From positions 1 through 43,465 of the forward strand of contig JAXDMY010000011.1 of the NCBI GenBank assembly GCA_034665805.1: 43,465 bases of DNA, given 5' to 3'. Of this stretch, positions 8,448-17,048 are shown in pieces; the stretch's first letter is position 1; each line of letters starts with the position of its first letter. This stretch comes from Alphaproteobacteria bacterium (GTDB taxonomy: Bacteria; Pseudomonadota; Alphaproteobacteria; Micropepsales; Micropepsaceae). The notes under the pieces were generated by a model that was given only the letters and a program-made list of their open reading frames with translations, had not been told where the DNA came from and searched no databases. The translations under genes and the position numbers were made by a program.

Positions 8448-8529
8448 TCTCGTGCTCCTTGGGTCCCAGGCTCTCAAGACGCGATATAGAGCACAAATAA
8501 AGATGCCCCTCAAAGTTAATTTCCCGCAC

Positions 8530-9645
8530 TCATAAGGGCTCTTTTCGCTGCATCGCGACGGCCAAACCTTCCACGGGCGAATTCGCTTCCTGGCGCGGCG
8601 AACAATCGAGCAGGCCCATGACCTCCAGTCCCATCCGGTCGGCTTGGTCGCGCAAATAGGCCTCACCGTGGCGGTAGCGGCGTTTCGGTCCGAGTTCAAA
8701 GCCCTCGCCCGGCTTCTTTTCGACCGTGAAGAGAAAGAAGCCGCCTTTCTTGAGGCGGGCACTTATCGCCCCAAAAAGCTCCGCGAGGTCGCCGAGATAG
8801 ACCAGGGTGTCCGCGGCCAAGATCAAGTCATAGGATGGGCCGGGACTGGCAAGCGCGGCTTCCACGTCCTGGATGAGGAGGCTGTCATAAATGCCCCGGT
8901 GTCGCGCGTGCTCGATCATCAGGGGGGAGAGGTCCACGCCATCGAGCCGGCGTGCCAAGTCCCGGAACGCTTCGCCTGCCAGCCCGGTGCCGCAGCCAAG
9001 ATCAAGAATGTCCACCCCTCGGGTGGTTGCACCCACCAAGCCGGCCAAACCCCGTAAGATGAGATGGGCGCGATAGGAAAGCTCCCCCAGCATCTTGCGC
9101 TCGTAATCGGACGAAAACTGATCGAAGAGATGACGGACGTAGCCCGGCGCCGAGCGGCTGGCCCGGCGCATCGCCTCGACCTCGGACAGTCGCTGCGCGG
9201 CACGCGGCGTGAAGGGCGACTCCGTCGCGGCGAGTTCGGAGAAGATCTCCGCCGCCCGTTCAGCCTCACCCGCGTCGAGCCAGGCGCAGCCCAGCGCATA
9301 ATTTGCCGCTACCAGTTTGGGCTCAAGCCGGAGCGCGCGCTGAAACTCGGCGATGGCGGTCGGCAAGTGACCCATCGCAAGAAGCCCTTCACCCAAAGCG
9401 AGGGCCGCTTCGGCGATGCCCGGGCCCAACGCCGCCGTGTCGCGCAAGACTTGCAGGGCCTGGTCGCCATTGCCTGCCGCCAGCAAAGCGCGCCCGAGAG
9501 CAATTCTGGTGAGCAACCCGCCGCGACCGGCTTGGAGCTGCGCTTTCAGATAGTCCGTGGCGCCGTTTGCATCGCCCGACGCAATCCGCGCGTTCGCCCC
9601 GTCCAACGGATCGGGGAACTCAACATCATCCGTGCCGGAATTCAT
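8530..9645 (-). CDS. TPR-repeat SAM-dependent methyltransferase (COG4976-like)
   Basis: Start taken at the ATG at 9645 (MNSGTDDVEF...). The longer track ORF overlaps the patatin gene. TPR-like N-terminal half; methyltransferase motif I ILDLGCGTGLAGEAF; post-I DGVDLSPLMIEHA; DLILAADTLVYLGDL. Confidence 0.75.
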   Translation of the reverse strand: MNSGTDDVEFPDPLDGANARIASGDANGATDYLKAQLQAGRGGLLTRIALGRALLAAGNGDQALQVLRDTAALGPGIAEAALALGEGLLAMGHLPTAIAEFQRALRLEPKLVAANYALGCAWLDAGEAERAAEIFSELAATESPFTPRAAQRLSEVEAMRRASRSAPGYVRHLFDQFSSDYERKMLGELSYRAHLILRGLAGLVGATTRGVDILDLGCGTGLAGEAFRDLARRLDGVDLSPLMIEHARHRGIYDSLLIQDVEAALASPGPSYDLILAADTLVYLGDLAELFGAISARLKKGGFFLFTVEKKPGEGFELGPKRRYRHGEAYLRDQADRMGLEVMGLLDCSPRQEANSPVEGLAVAMQRKEPL

Positions 9646-9692
9646 CTTGGGATAAACGCGCGAATTGCGAAGGGAAGTATGCCAGGGACAGA

Positions 9693-11555
9693 TCAGGCCG
9701 GCGATCGGTGACGATTCATGGAGACCGCCGGTCCAGCCGCCCAGGAATCGGAAAACGGCACACCATGTTTTTCGATTTCCAAGCTGGCATGGGCGTAGCC
9801 CTGTGCAATGGCGCGCTCGAAAGCCTTCCAGTCGCGCATGCCGATGCCGCCAAGCGGCGGCTCGAAAAGGAAATCGGCCTGTTCGCGAACCGTGCGCCGT
9901 TGCAGATCGCTGCCTACGGTGCCTGCGCGCATCAAAATCGAGATGATGGAGGGCGATCCGTGCATGCGCTGACTGATGAGCGACCAGATGGAGCGCTCCC
10001 CATAGCGTTCGTCGTCCGCGTGAAGATCGATCTCGCCAGCGACATCCACCGCAATGATCGGCCCTCTGGCTTCGGCCGCCATCACGTCCACCGGCAGATT
10101 GTTCATAACGCCGCCATCGACCAGCAAATGACCGTTTTCGGTAACCGGCGGCAAAATCCCCGGCAAAGCGACGCTGGCGCGAAGCGCGCGCCACAGAAGG
10201 CCGCTGCGATGCACAAAATCCCGCCCCGTCGTCAGATCGGATGAGACGCAGAAATAGGGCTTGGGCAGATCTTCGATACGGACATCGCCGAAATGTTTCC
10301 GTAGGAGCGCGCTAACCCGCGCACCGCGGAACAGCGCGATGAGGGGCAGCGTAAAATCCGACAGCGGATTGTTCACGACAAAGGCGTCGCGCACCCGCTC
10401 GGTCAATTCTTCGATGCTCCATTCCATCGCCAAGCCCGCAGCGACGATGCCGCCCATGCTGGTCCCGCCGACATAATCGAACGGCACGCCCGCCTCATGC
10501 AGCGCTTTCAGCACGCCGATATGGGCAAAACCGCGCGCGCCGCCTCCCGCCAATACGATATTCACGGCAGAGCCGGCGACAAATCGCGCAAGCCGTTTCA
10601 AATCGCTGGTGCTTCCGGTGCGCACATGATGATGTGTGCCAAAAAGATCGTTGCGAAGTTCTATATGCTGCGGCAGTCCGCGTGGGGTCGTGTCTCCGGG
10701 ATGGAGCAGCAAGAGTTCGGGCGAGGCCGCCATCTCGCGCTTGAAAAAGCGACGCTCGAAGGGGTGCAGCGGCACGCTTTCATCGGCCCGCGCGATCAGC
10801 ATGACGCGATCGGCTTGACGCAGGCAGAAACTCGTCCAGGTGCTGTCGGGCTGATCGCCCTGATAGAAGACCACGTCATGTTCGGCTTCGAAACGATTGA
10901 ACCAGTCCGTCGTTTCGTCGCTGGCCGAACTGTCGAGCACCGCGGCCTTGGCGCCCATATTGACCAGTATCTCCGCCATGCTCCGCACCACGGGATTGTC
11001 GGCAAGCCCACGCTGCAGCGGAATCATGGCAAAGGTCTTGGGATGGGTGCGCTGATGCCCGCCGCGCGTCGTCTCCCTCAAACGCCGAACCACGATCTTC
11101 AGCAGATTGAGCATGATGCGGGGATAGCGCGTCAGCAGCATGTCGAAGGCTTTGGGCCCGAGGCGCAAAAGTTCCGTGTCGCGCAAGGCGACCAACGTCG
11201 CCGAATGGGATTCACCGGTCAGGAGCGACATTTCCCCCACCGTCTCTCCGGCCGGGATGGTAGCGACCAGCCGCTTGGGCGAATTCTCGTTGGAGACGAA
11301 CACGCCGAGCGATCCCGTGACGACCAGGAACACCGCGCGATCGTTCTCCCCGTCCCGCGCCAGCTGCGTTCCGCCAGGGAGTCCGAACCAATCGGATTCC
11401 GCCAGCAGCCGGCGCAACGCCGCATCGCCAATGTCGTCCAGCAGGCCGAAAGTCCTCAGCCGCTGTTTCAGCGATTCGGGAAAAAATGATTCGCTGTTGC
11501 TGCGGAAAGGCGAAAGCAGGGCCATTTCGATCGTTCTTGCGATACCGGGTCTCAT
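9693..11555 (-). CDS. cyclic-nucleotide-binding domain + patatin-like phospholipase fusion protein
   Basis: 620 aa. N-terminal cNMP-binding fold (LVVTGSLGVFV...IPAGETVGEMSLLTGESHSATLVALRDTELL). Patatin motifs VLAGGGARGFAHIGV (oxyanion), GGTSMGG (GxSxG) and LLVDGGVMNNLP (catalytic Asp-Gly). The ATG is 1 nt after the SDR stop. Confidence 0.85.
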   Translation of the reverse strand: MRPGIARTIEMALLSPFRSNSESFFPESLKQRLRTFGLLDDIGDAALRRLLAESDWFGLPGGTQLARDGENDRAVFLVVTGSLGVFVSNENSPKRLVATIPAGETVGEMSLLTGESHSATLVALRDTELLRLGPKAFDMLLTRYPRIMLNLLKIVVRRLRETTRGGHQRTHPKTFAMIPLQRGLADNPVVRSMAEILVNMGAKAAVLDSSASDETTDWFNRFEAEHDVVFYQGDQPDSTWTSFCLRQADRVMLIARADESVPLHPFERRFFKREMAASPELLLLHPGDTTPRGLPQHIELRNDLFGTHHHVRTGSTSDLKRLARFVAGSAVNIVLAGGGARGFAHIGVLKALHEAGVPFDYVGGTSMGGIVAAGLAMEWSIEELTERVRDAFVVNNPLSDFTLPLIALFRGARVSALLRKHFGDVRIEDLPKPYFCVSSDLTTGRDFVHRSGLLWRALRASVALPGILPPVTENGHLLVDGGVMNNLPVDVMAAEARGPIIAVDVAGEIDLHADDERYGERSIWSLISQRMHGSPSIISILMRAGTVGSDLQRRTVREQADFLFEPPLGGIGMRDWKAFERAIAQGYAHASLEIEKHGVPFSDSWAAGPAVSMNRHRSPA

Positions 11556-11556
11556 C

Positions 11557-12348
11557 CTACCAAGCCGTCCATCCGCCGTCCGCCGTCAACACCGCGCCTG
11601 TGACAAAACTCGAAGCTCGGCTCGCCAAAAATAAGACGGGGCCGCCGATCTCCGCCGCCGCGCCGGTGCGCCCCAGCATGGTGCGCGCCGCCAAGCGCCC
11701 GGCGAACGCCGCATCGCGCGAGGCCGTTTCGGGGGTGGGAAACGGTCCCGGACAGAGAGCGTTCACGCGTACGCCTTCAGGACCGAGCTCGGCTGCCAAA
11801 TGGCGGGTGAGCTGAACCAGGCCTGCTTTCGCGGCGCCGTAATGGGGCGGGCTCATCTGGCCGGGAGCGCTGTAGAGCTTCGGATCGGGGCTGACCGAAG
11901 CATACATGGTCGACACATTGATGACGCTCGCATCGCCCCACTTCTCCGCCGCGCGCGCAAGCGCCGGACGCGAGGCGCGTATCGCTTCGAAGGACGCGGT
12001 CACCGTGCTCCGGTAGGCGCTGTCGAAATCCGCCGGGGCCACCTCGCCCAGGCTTTTCGGGGTCATGGTGATCGCATTGTTGATCAGGATGTCCAATTGT
12101 GGCCGGGCCGCCAAAAAACGCCTCACGGCGTCGAAATCCATCATGTCGAAGGCCGCGCATTCGGAGGCGATCCCGCTTGTCGCGAGTTCGGCAGCGAAAG
12201 CTTCCAGTCGGGGCAGATTGCGGCCGTTCAAAATGAGCGTTGCTCCGGCGTGGCCGAGCGCGCGGGCCATCTCGCGGCCGAGATGGCCGGCGGCACCAGA
12301 GAGGAACGCAACACGCCCATCGAGCCGGAAGAGATCCTGCGCGCTCAT
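11557..12348 (-). CDS. SDR family oxidoreductase
   Basis: GRVAFLSGAAGHLGREMA (dinucleotide-binding), NNAI, YGAAKAG (YxxxK). Start chosen at the ATG at 12348, which forms an ATGA overlap with the AKR stop. An alternative ATG at 12360 adds 4 residues. The rest of track ORF 11557..12885 is Arg/Pro-rich and judged non-coding. Confidence 0.8.
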   Translation of the reverse strand: MSAQDLFRLDGRVAFLSGAAGHLGREMARALGHAGATLILNGRNLPRLEAFAAELATSGIASECAAFDMMDFDAVRRFLAARPQLDILINNAITMTPKSLGEVAPADFDSAYRSTVTASFEAIRASRPALARAAEKWGDASVINVSTMYASVSPDPKLYSAPGQMSPPHYGAAKAGLVQLTRHLAAELGPEGVRVNALCPGPFPTPETASRDAAFAGRLAARTMLGRTGAAAEIGGPVLFLASRASSFVTGAVLTADGGWTAW

Positions 12349-13280
12349 TGCGGCGGCCATCGGGCGGGATCGAGGAAAGTTGCGGGCAGATGCGGTGCGG
12401 CGGCGGCAATGGTCGCGCAATCCTGAGCGGACAGAGGAGGATGGCTGCAGAGCTTCAGATTCTCGTCGAGCTGCCCATCGGTCTCCTGACCAACCACAAC
12501 ACCGTCGATCCAGCTCTGTCCGCGGGCGAAAGCGAGCGCGAGATCGGCGACGCCGTGGCGGCCGAAAGCCTCGGCCGTTTGCGTCAGCCAGGCGATTGTT
12601 GCGGGTGCATCCACCCCGGAAATGCGGGGCCAGAGTTTCGGATCGCTGCAAGCGATAACGCCCTGAAGAAATACGCTCCGGGCATGGACGGTCACGGAAG
12701 GGCGGGCCTCCAGCGCGGCGATGACCCCGGCTTTGCTCCAGCGCCAATCGAGGATGTTGAATGGAAGCTGGATATGTGTGACAGCCGAATCGCCAAGCGC
12801 GGTGAGGGCTTCGACCGGCGATTGCGCCGAGACACCGAGGGCTTGGATGGTCCCGTCCGCCACATGCTCTTGCAGACGGCGCCAAATGGCGCGGTTATGA
12901 GAGGTCATTTGCTCCGCGCGATGCAGCAGCACGCAACTCAGAGTCTTGAGTCGCAATGCGGCCAGAGATTCGGCGACACTCTGATCCACCGCAGCGCAGA
13001 CGGACGCCGGCGATGCATCGGACGCGAGATCGTTCAGAGGGTCGAGCTTGGTGATGGTGCGGACCGCCCCCCTACCCGCCAGGGCCGCGCCCAAGCGTTC
13101 TTCCGCATCCCCATAGGACCGCGCCGTATCGAACACCGATACTCCGGCATTGGCAGCTCGCCGCACCAGGCGCAGGGCCGTATCCCGCGGGGGCTTGCCC
13201 GAGCGGTTCGTCGCGCCATACAAAAGGCCAAGCTGCACCGAACCCATGACGAACTCGGCGGGTCGGCCGTTGCGCATCAT
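12345..13280 (-). CDS. aldo/keto reductase family oxidoreductase
   Basis: MMRNGRPAEFVMGSVQLGLLYG..., VFDTARSYGDAEERLG, LLHRAE, IQALGVS. The start is one of two adjacent ATGs (13280/13277) preceded by GAGGGGGA. The upstream 208 codons of the track ORF are antisense to the CAP gene and were rejected. Confidence 0.75.
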   Translation of the reverse strand: MMRNGRPAEFVMGSVQLGLLYGATNRSGKPPRDTALRLVRRAANAGVSVFDTARSYGDAEERLGAALAGRGAVRTITKLDPLNDLASDASPASVCAAVDQSVAESLAALRLKTLSCVLLHRAEQMTSHNRAIWRRLQEHVADGTIQALGVSAQSPVEALTALGDSAVTHIQLPFNILDWRWSKAGVIAALEARPSVTVHARSVFLQGVIACSDPKLWPRISGVDAPATIAWLTQTAEAFGRHGVADLALAFARGQSWIDGVVVGQETDGQLDENLKLCSHPPLSAQDCATIAAAAPHLPATFLDPARWPPQ

Positions 13281-13370
13281 TCCCCCTCGCGCTTCGACTA
13301 CCCGCACAACCTCGTCTACCGTGGTAAAAGTCGGGTTAAGCAATGGTCTGGCGGTGCTGATTTTGTGCTG

Positions 13371-13907
13371 ATGATGACGCGTTTCGGCATTCTTCTCGTC
13401 GCTTTCGTCCTCGCGGCCTGCGCCAGCGCGCCCGCGCCAAAGACGCCGCCATCCTTGGAGAGCCAAGTGGGGCTGCTCAAGGAGCGGCTGTTTGTCCTGG
13501 TGGATGCGGAGCGTCACCGGCTCAATGAGCGGGCCAAGCCCCTCATCCTGGACCCCCAGCTGATGCGCGCGGCGCAGAGCCACTCGGAAGATATGGCACG
13601 GAAGCGTTCGTTCGATGTCGGAAACCCCGATGGCAACCTGGCGGTGAACAGCCTGCTCGCGGACCCGAAATTCCGTGGCTTTGTCGGCGAGAATTCCGCC
13701 GCGCAATATTTCACTCCGGCGGCGGGATTCGATCCGGAGACCTATGCGCGGGGCTTCCTCGACATCTGGCTGAAAAGTCCCGATCACAGGACCAACCTGA
13801 CATACGAGGCGTTCGACAAGACCGGCATAGGCATCGCGGTGAACGGGGACGAGATCTACGCGGCGGAACTGTTCGCCACCGACCTCGGCCTTCCCGAACC
13901 GCAATGA
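13371..13907 (+). CDS. CAP/SCP (cysteine-rich secretory protein family) domain lipoprotein
   Basis: ATG at 13371, in frame with track ORF 12240..13907. MMTRFGILLVAFVLAACASAP carries a lipobox LAAC. C-terminal WLKSPDHRTNLTYEAFDKTGIGIA is typical of bacterial CAP domains. Confidence 0.65.
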   Translation: MMTRFGILLVAFVLAACASAPAPKTPPSLESQVGLLKERLFVLVDAERHRLNERAKPLILDPQLMRAAQSHSEDMARKRSFDVGNPDGNLAVNSLLADPKFRGFVGENSAAQYFTPAAGFDPETYARGFLDIWLKSPDHRTNLTYEAFDKTGIGIAVNGDEIYAAELFATDLGLPEPQ

Positions 13908-13914
13908 CTCCCAT

Positions 13915-14271
13915 ATGACCCAACCTCAATCGATCGCCAGCTATGGGGAGTTCTGGCCCTTCTACCTGCGCGAACATGCCAAGCCCGAAACGCGTCTTTG
14001 GCATATCGTGGGAACGGGAGCCGCGAGCGTGCTCCTGGTGGCGGCCGTCGTCACGTTCAGTTACGAGCTGCTCTTCGGTGCTCTGATCGCAGGATACGGC
14101 CCTGCCTGGTTCGCTCACTTTTTTGTCGAGAAGAACCGGCCGGCGACCTTTACCTATCCCATGTGGTCGCTGGTTTCGGACTATCGCATGGCCGGCGCCT
14201 GGCTGACCGGCAGCCTGGGGCGGGAGCTGGACAAAGCCGGCGTGGCGCACAACGAGCCTCCGCTCGGCTAA
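13915..14271 (+). CDS. DUF962 (Mpo1-like) membrane protein
   Basis: 118 aa. FWPFYLREHAKPETRLWHIVGTG followed by two hydrophobic helices and FFVEKNRPATFTYP. The family call is from recollection. Confidence 0.55.
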   Translation: MTQPQSIASYGEFWPFYLREHAKPETRLWHIVGTGAASVLLVAAVVTFSYELLFGALIAGYGPAWFAHFFVEKNRPATFTYPMWSLVSDYRMAGAWLTGSLGRELDKAGVAHNEPPLG

Positions 14272-14415
14272 CGGCTCGTTAACTCTGTTCTGCGATTTTG
14301 ACGGCTCGGATGGCTGGATGTCCCCAGTTTACTGTGGTTGGGTTGCTAACGGTCCTTTACACAACATCTGGGTATCTTTACCTTTTCTAGACGGCTGGGC
14401 GTCGCAGAACGCGAG

Positions 14416-16980
14416 ATGAAGCATACACTTCCCTGGAATGTGACAGGTATCCCGCCAGAAGCGCGGGAAATCGCACGCTCGGCAGCCGGCCGGGAAGGTA
14501 TCCCCGTCGGCGAATGGCTGACCCGGCGAATAATTTCCGAAAGTGCAAGGGGCGAAAGTGCCCGGTCCGAAAACGGACGGGCCAAGACGGCAATCGAAGT
14601 ACCGGAAGAATCCGTGACTCCTTTCCGCTACGGGCGGGATGAGGAAATATCGCACGACCGCGACGATCCCGCCGCCAGATTCGCGCGCAAGGAAGCGGAA
14701 ACCGACGGCGCATTCCGCCGGATTGACGACACGTTGCGCGTGATGGCGCGTCGCCTTGAAGCAAGCGAACGCGCCCAGACCGAAGCGCAGCGGGCCATGA
14801 GCTCGGCGGCGGCGGAGATAAATGCAGCGGCACGCGATCAAGCTCAGGCATTCAAGCTTCTCACCACCAGGATCGACAATGTCGAGCGCCAGACAGATAC
14901 AAACGCGCTTCGCGACGCGGTGCGCGCCTTACACCAGGGAATGTCACGCCTGACCGATCAGATCGCCAAGACCGCGAGCGACTCCTCCGATCAGCTAGGG
15001 AATCTCACCGGCAACATCGAAGTGCTGGCCGGCAGGATCGCGTATGCGCGCGAGGAATCGCAACGCTTTGGGCAATCGGTGGAAGACCGCTTTGCGGCGT
15101 TCGATGAACGAATCAAAGAGGACGAGCATCGAATCGCATTGTCGCTCGCGCTGGAGGAACGTCTGAAGCGGGCCGAGCAAAACATCGCTTCCAACCAGGC
15201 TTCTAACGAGATTCTGGCCAGGCTCGACGCGCGCGTGAAGCGCTCCGAGGAGGACATCGCTTCCAGCCGGGCTTCTGACGAGATTGTGGCCCGGCTCGAT
15301 GCACGCCTGAAACAGGCTGAGCAGAGCATTGCTTCGGGCCCGGCTCCCGACGAGACCGAGGCCCGGCTTGAGGCGCGGCTGAATTTCGCCGAAGAGCGCA
15401 CGCAGGAAGCGCTTGAGCGTCATTTCGCATCTATCGGGCACAGTCTCGAAGACATTGCCTCCCGTCTCGAAAAAATCGAAAGCCGCGAGGCCGCCGATAC
15501 CGGGGTCCTCGACATGATGCGCAGTTTGGGCGCCCGTCTCGATGCGGCGGAAAAAAAGAACCGGGAAGCGCTGACGGATCTGGAGGCGAACCTCGCCGAG
15601 ACGACAAAGCGCATCGAGAATATCGCAATCGCCCAGCCATTGAGCGGGCCGCTGGCGCCGCTCCCCGAGGAAGAAAGCAGGGCTGACTCCCAGTTCGATT
15701 TGCCTCCCTTCCCTGAAATCCCTTTGTCCGAAGCCGCGGATCATCACACGTCCGGTGAGGCGGAATTCTCCAACCAAACAGCCCCACCGCAGCCGGAGCC
15801 GGAGGAAATCTTATCCTCCGAGGCGCAGCCCCTTTCCTCATCGCCCGAGAATTATCTTGACCACGCGCGCCGTGCGGCACAGGCGGCCGCGGAGCCCGAG
15901 GCAGAGCGCGGCACGCGCGCGAAATACCACATCCCCTTCCCCGGCGAAGCGGAATGGGCGCTCGCCGGCGGCCATTCAGCCAAACCATCCCGGCGAGGGA
16001 CGCAGCATCTCGCGATGGTGGGTTTGTTTTTGCTGTTGATCGCGTCCGGCTATGAGATCACGCGCAATATCTGGCGCGAATCGGGAGTGGTTGCGTTGCA
16101 GCTGAATAGGCCTGCGGTGCCAAATCGTCCAAGCCAACCCAGCGCGGCTGCGCCCGGCAAAGCGGCCGGGACCTCCGAGGTCGCTGCTTCGGCGATCCCC
16201 GCCGAAGAAGCGGTAAGCGCCGTGAACGCCGCGCCACCACCCGGATCTCCTGCTGCGAGTGCCCTGACCACGACGCCCGACGGTGGAGCGGCAACACCGA
16301 GCCCGGCAATGGCTCCCACCGTGCAGCAGGCGGCGGCCGGCTCAGCGGGCAATGCCGGCGCTGCAAATCTGTCGCGCCTGGTTGGCCAGGCCAATTCCGG
16401 CGACGTCAAGGCTGCCCTCGCCCTCGGTCTCAAATATGCCAATGGCGATGGGGTCCCGGTCAGCGATGCCGAAGCTATGCGTTGGCTCCAGAAGGCGGCG
16501 GGGGCCGGCGAACCGTTGGCCCAATATCGGCTCGGAGCGTTCTTTGAAAAGGGCCGGGGGGTCGACGCGGATCAGAACCAGGCCCTGCGGTGGTACGGCG
16601 AGGCCGCCAAAAACGGCAACCGCAAGGCGATGCACGCTTTGGGAGTCGCCAATGCCAACGGAATCGGCGGAAAAAAGAATTTTCCGGAGGCCGTGCGCTG
16701 GTTCAAGACTGCAGCGGAGCTGGGGCTGATCGACTCGCAATTCAATCTTGCGGTGCTCTACGAACGCGGCTTGGGCGTCCAAACGTCGCTCCCGGAGGCC
16801 TACAAATGGTATGCCATCGCGGCGGCGTCCGGCGATAGCGAATCCAAAACGCGCGTCAGTGCGCTAACGACCCAGATTTCCGCCGCCGAGCGAGACGCCG
16901 CCGACCGGCTCGCCAAGACCTATAAGCCGCAGCCCATGAACGTGGCGGCCAATGACGGTCCCCCGCTCACGTCGAATTAG
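14416..16980 (+). CDS. podJ: PodJ-like polar localisation factor: N-terminal conserved domain, coiled coil, one TM helix, Pro/Ala-rich linker, C-terminal Sel1 repeats
   Basis: 854 aa. N-terminus LPWNVTGIPPEAREIARSAAGREGIPVGEWLTRRI is the conserved PodJ-type start in Hyphomicrobiales. Long heptad-like coiled-coil region. TM helix LAMVGLFLLLIASGY. Sel1 repeats AMRWLQKAAGAGEPLAQYRLGAFFEKGRGV, ALRWYGEAAKNGNRKAMHALG, AVRWFKTAAELGLIDSQFNLAVLYERGLGV, AYKWYAIAAASGD. Confidence 0.7.
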   Translation: MKHTLPWNVTGIPPEAREIARSAAGREGIPVGEWLTRRIISESARGESARSENGRAKTAIEVPEESVTPFRYGRDEEISHDRDDPAARFARKEAETDGAFRRIDDTLRVMARRLEASERAQTEAQRAMSSAAAEINAAARDQAQAFKLLTTRIDNVERQTDTNALRDAVRALHQGMSRLTDQIAKTASDSSDQLGNLTGNIEVLAGRIAYAREESQRFGQSVEDRFAAFDERIKEDEHRIALSLALEERLKRAEQNIASNQASNEILARLDARVKRSEEDIASSRASDEIVARLDARLKQAEQSIASGPAPDETEARLEARLNFAEERTQEALERHFASIGHSLEDIASRLEKIESREAADTGVLDMMRSLGARLDAAEKKNREALTDLEANLAETTKRIENIAIAQPLSGPLAPLPEEESRADSQFDLPPFPEIPLSEAADHHTSGEAEFSNQTAPPQPEPEEILSSEAQPLSSSPENYLDHARRAAQAAAEPEAERGTRAKYHIPFPGEAEWALAGGHSAKPSRRGTQHLAMVGLFLLLIASGYEITRNIWRESGVVALQLNRPAVPNRPSQPSAAAPGKAAGTSEVAASAIPAEEAVSAVNAAPPPGSPAASALTTTPDGGAATPSPAMAPTVQQAAAGSAGNAGAANLSRLVGQANSGDVKAALALGLKYANGDGVPVSDAEAMRWLQKAAGAGEPLAQYRLGAFFEKGRGVDADQNQALRWYGEAAKNGNRKAMHALGVANANGIGGKKNFPEAVRWFKTAAELGLIDSQFNLAVLYERGLGVQTSLPEAYKWYAIAAASGDSESKTRVSALTTQISAAERDAADRLAKTYKPQPMNVAANDGPPLTSN
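15163..15378 (+). repeat. three in-frame tandem 72-bp (24-aa) repeats inside the podJ-like coiled coil
   Basis: LKRAEQNIASNQASNEILARLDAR (15163-15234), VKRSEEDIASSRASDEIVARLDAR (15235-15306) and LKQAEQSIASGPAPDETEARLEAR (15307-15378). The similarity is also visible at the nucleotide level. Confidence 0.8.
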
Positions 16981-17048
16981 AAATATCGGACGTAAGAATT
17001 TGGGAAATCAGCGTATCCTGACTTCCGGGTTTGGTCTTTCGATTCCAC

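Noticed and set aside
9693-11555. cNMP-binding patatin phospholipase as a possible CBASS-type or other anti-phage effector
   Set aside because: No CD-NTase/cyclase, Cap2/Cap3, other defence genes or mobile-element hallmarks are nearby. The gene sits in a metabolic-looking operon, and this domain fusion is widespread as a housekeeping-type protein.
12240-13370. N-terminal 377 codons of track ORF 12240..13907(+). The analogous long N-terminal extensions of 4892..6079(-), 8070..8762(-), 8530..10194(-), 11557..12885(-) and 12345..13904(-) were also considered.
   Set aside because: The extensions overlap neighbouring well-supported genes and are Arg-rich and featureless. Internal ATGs with Shine-Dalgarno sequences, signal peptides or ATGA coupling give proteins with normal family N-termini.
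14272-14415. CtrA-box-like sequence (CTAA-N7-TTAC within GCTAACGGTCCTTTACAC) upstream of the podJ-like gene
   Set aside because: It has two mismatches to the TTAA-N7-TTAAC consensus. A single degenerate site cannot be distinguished from chance by eye.
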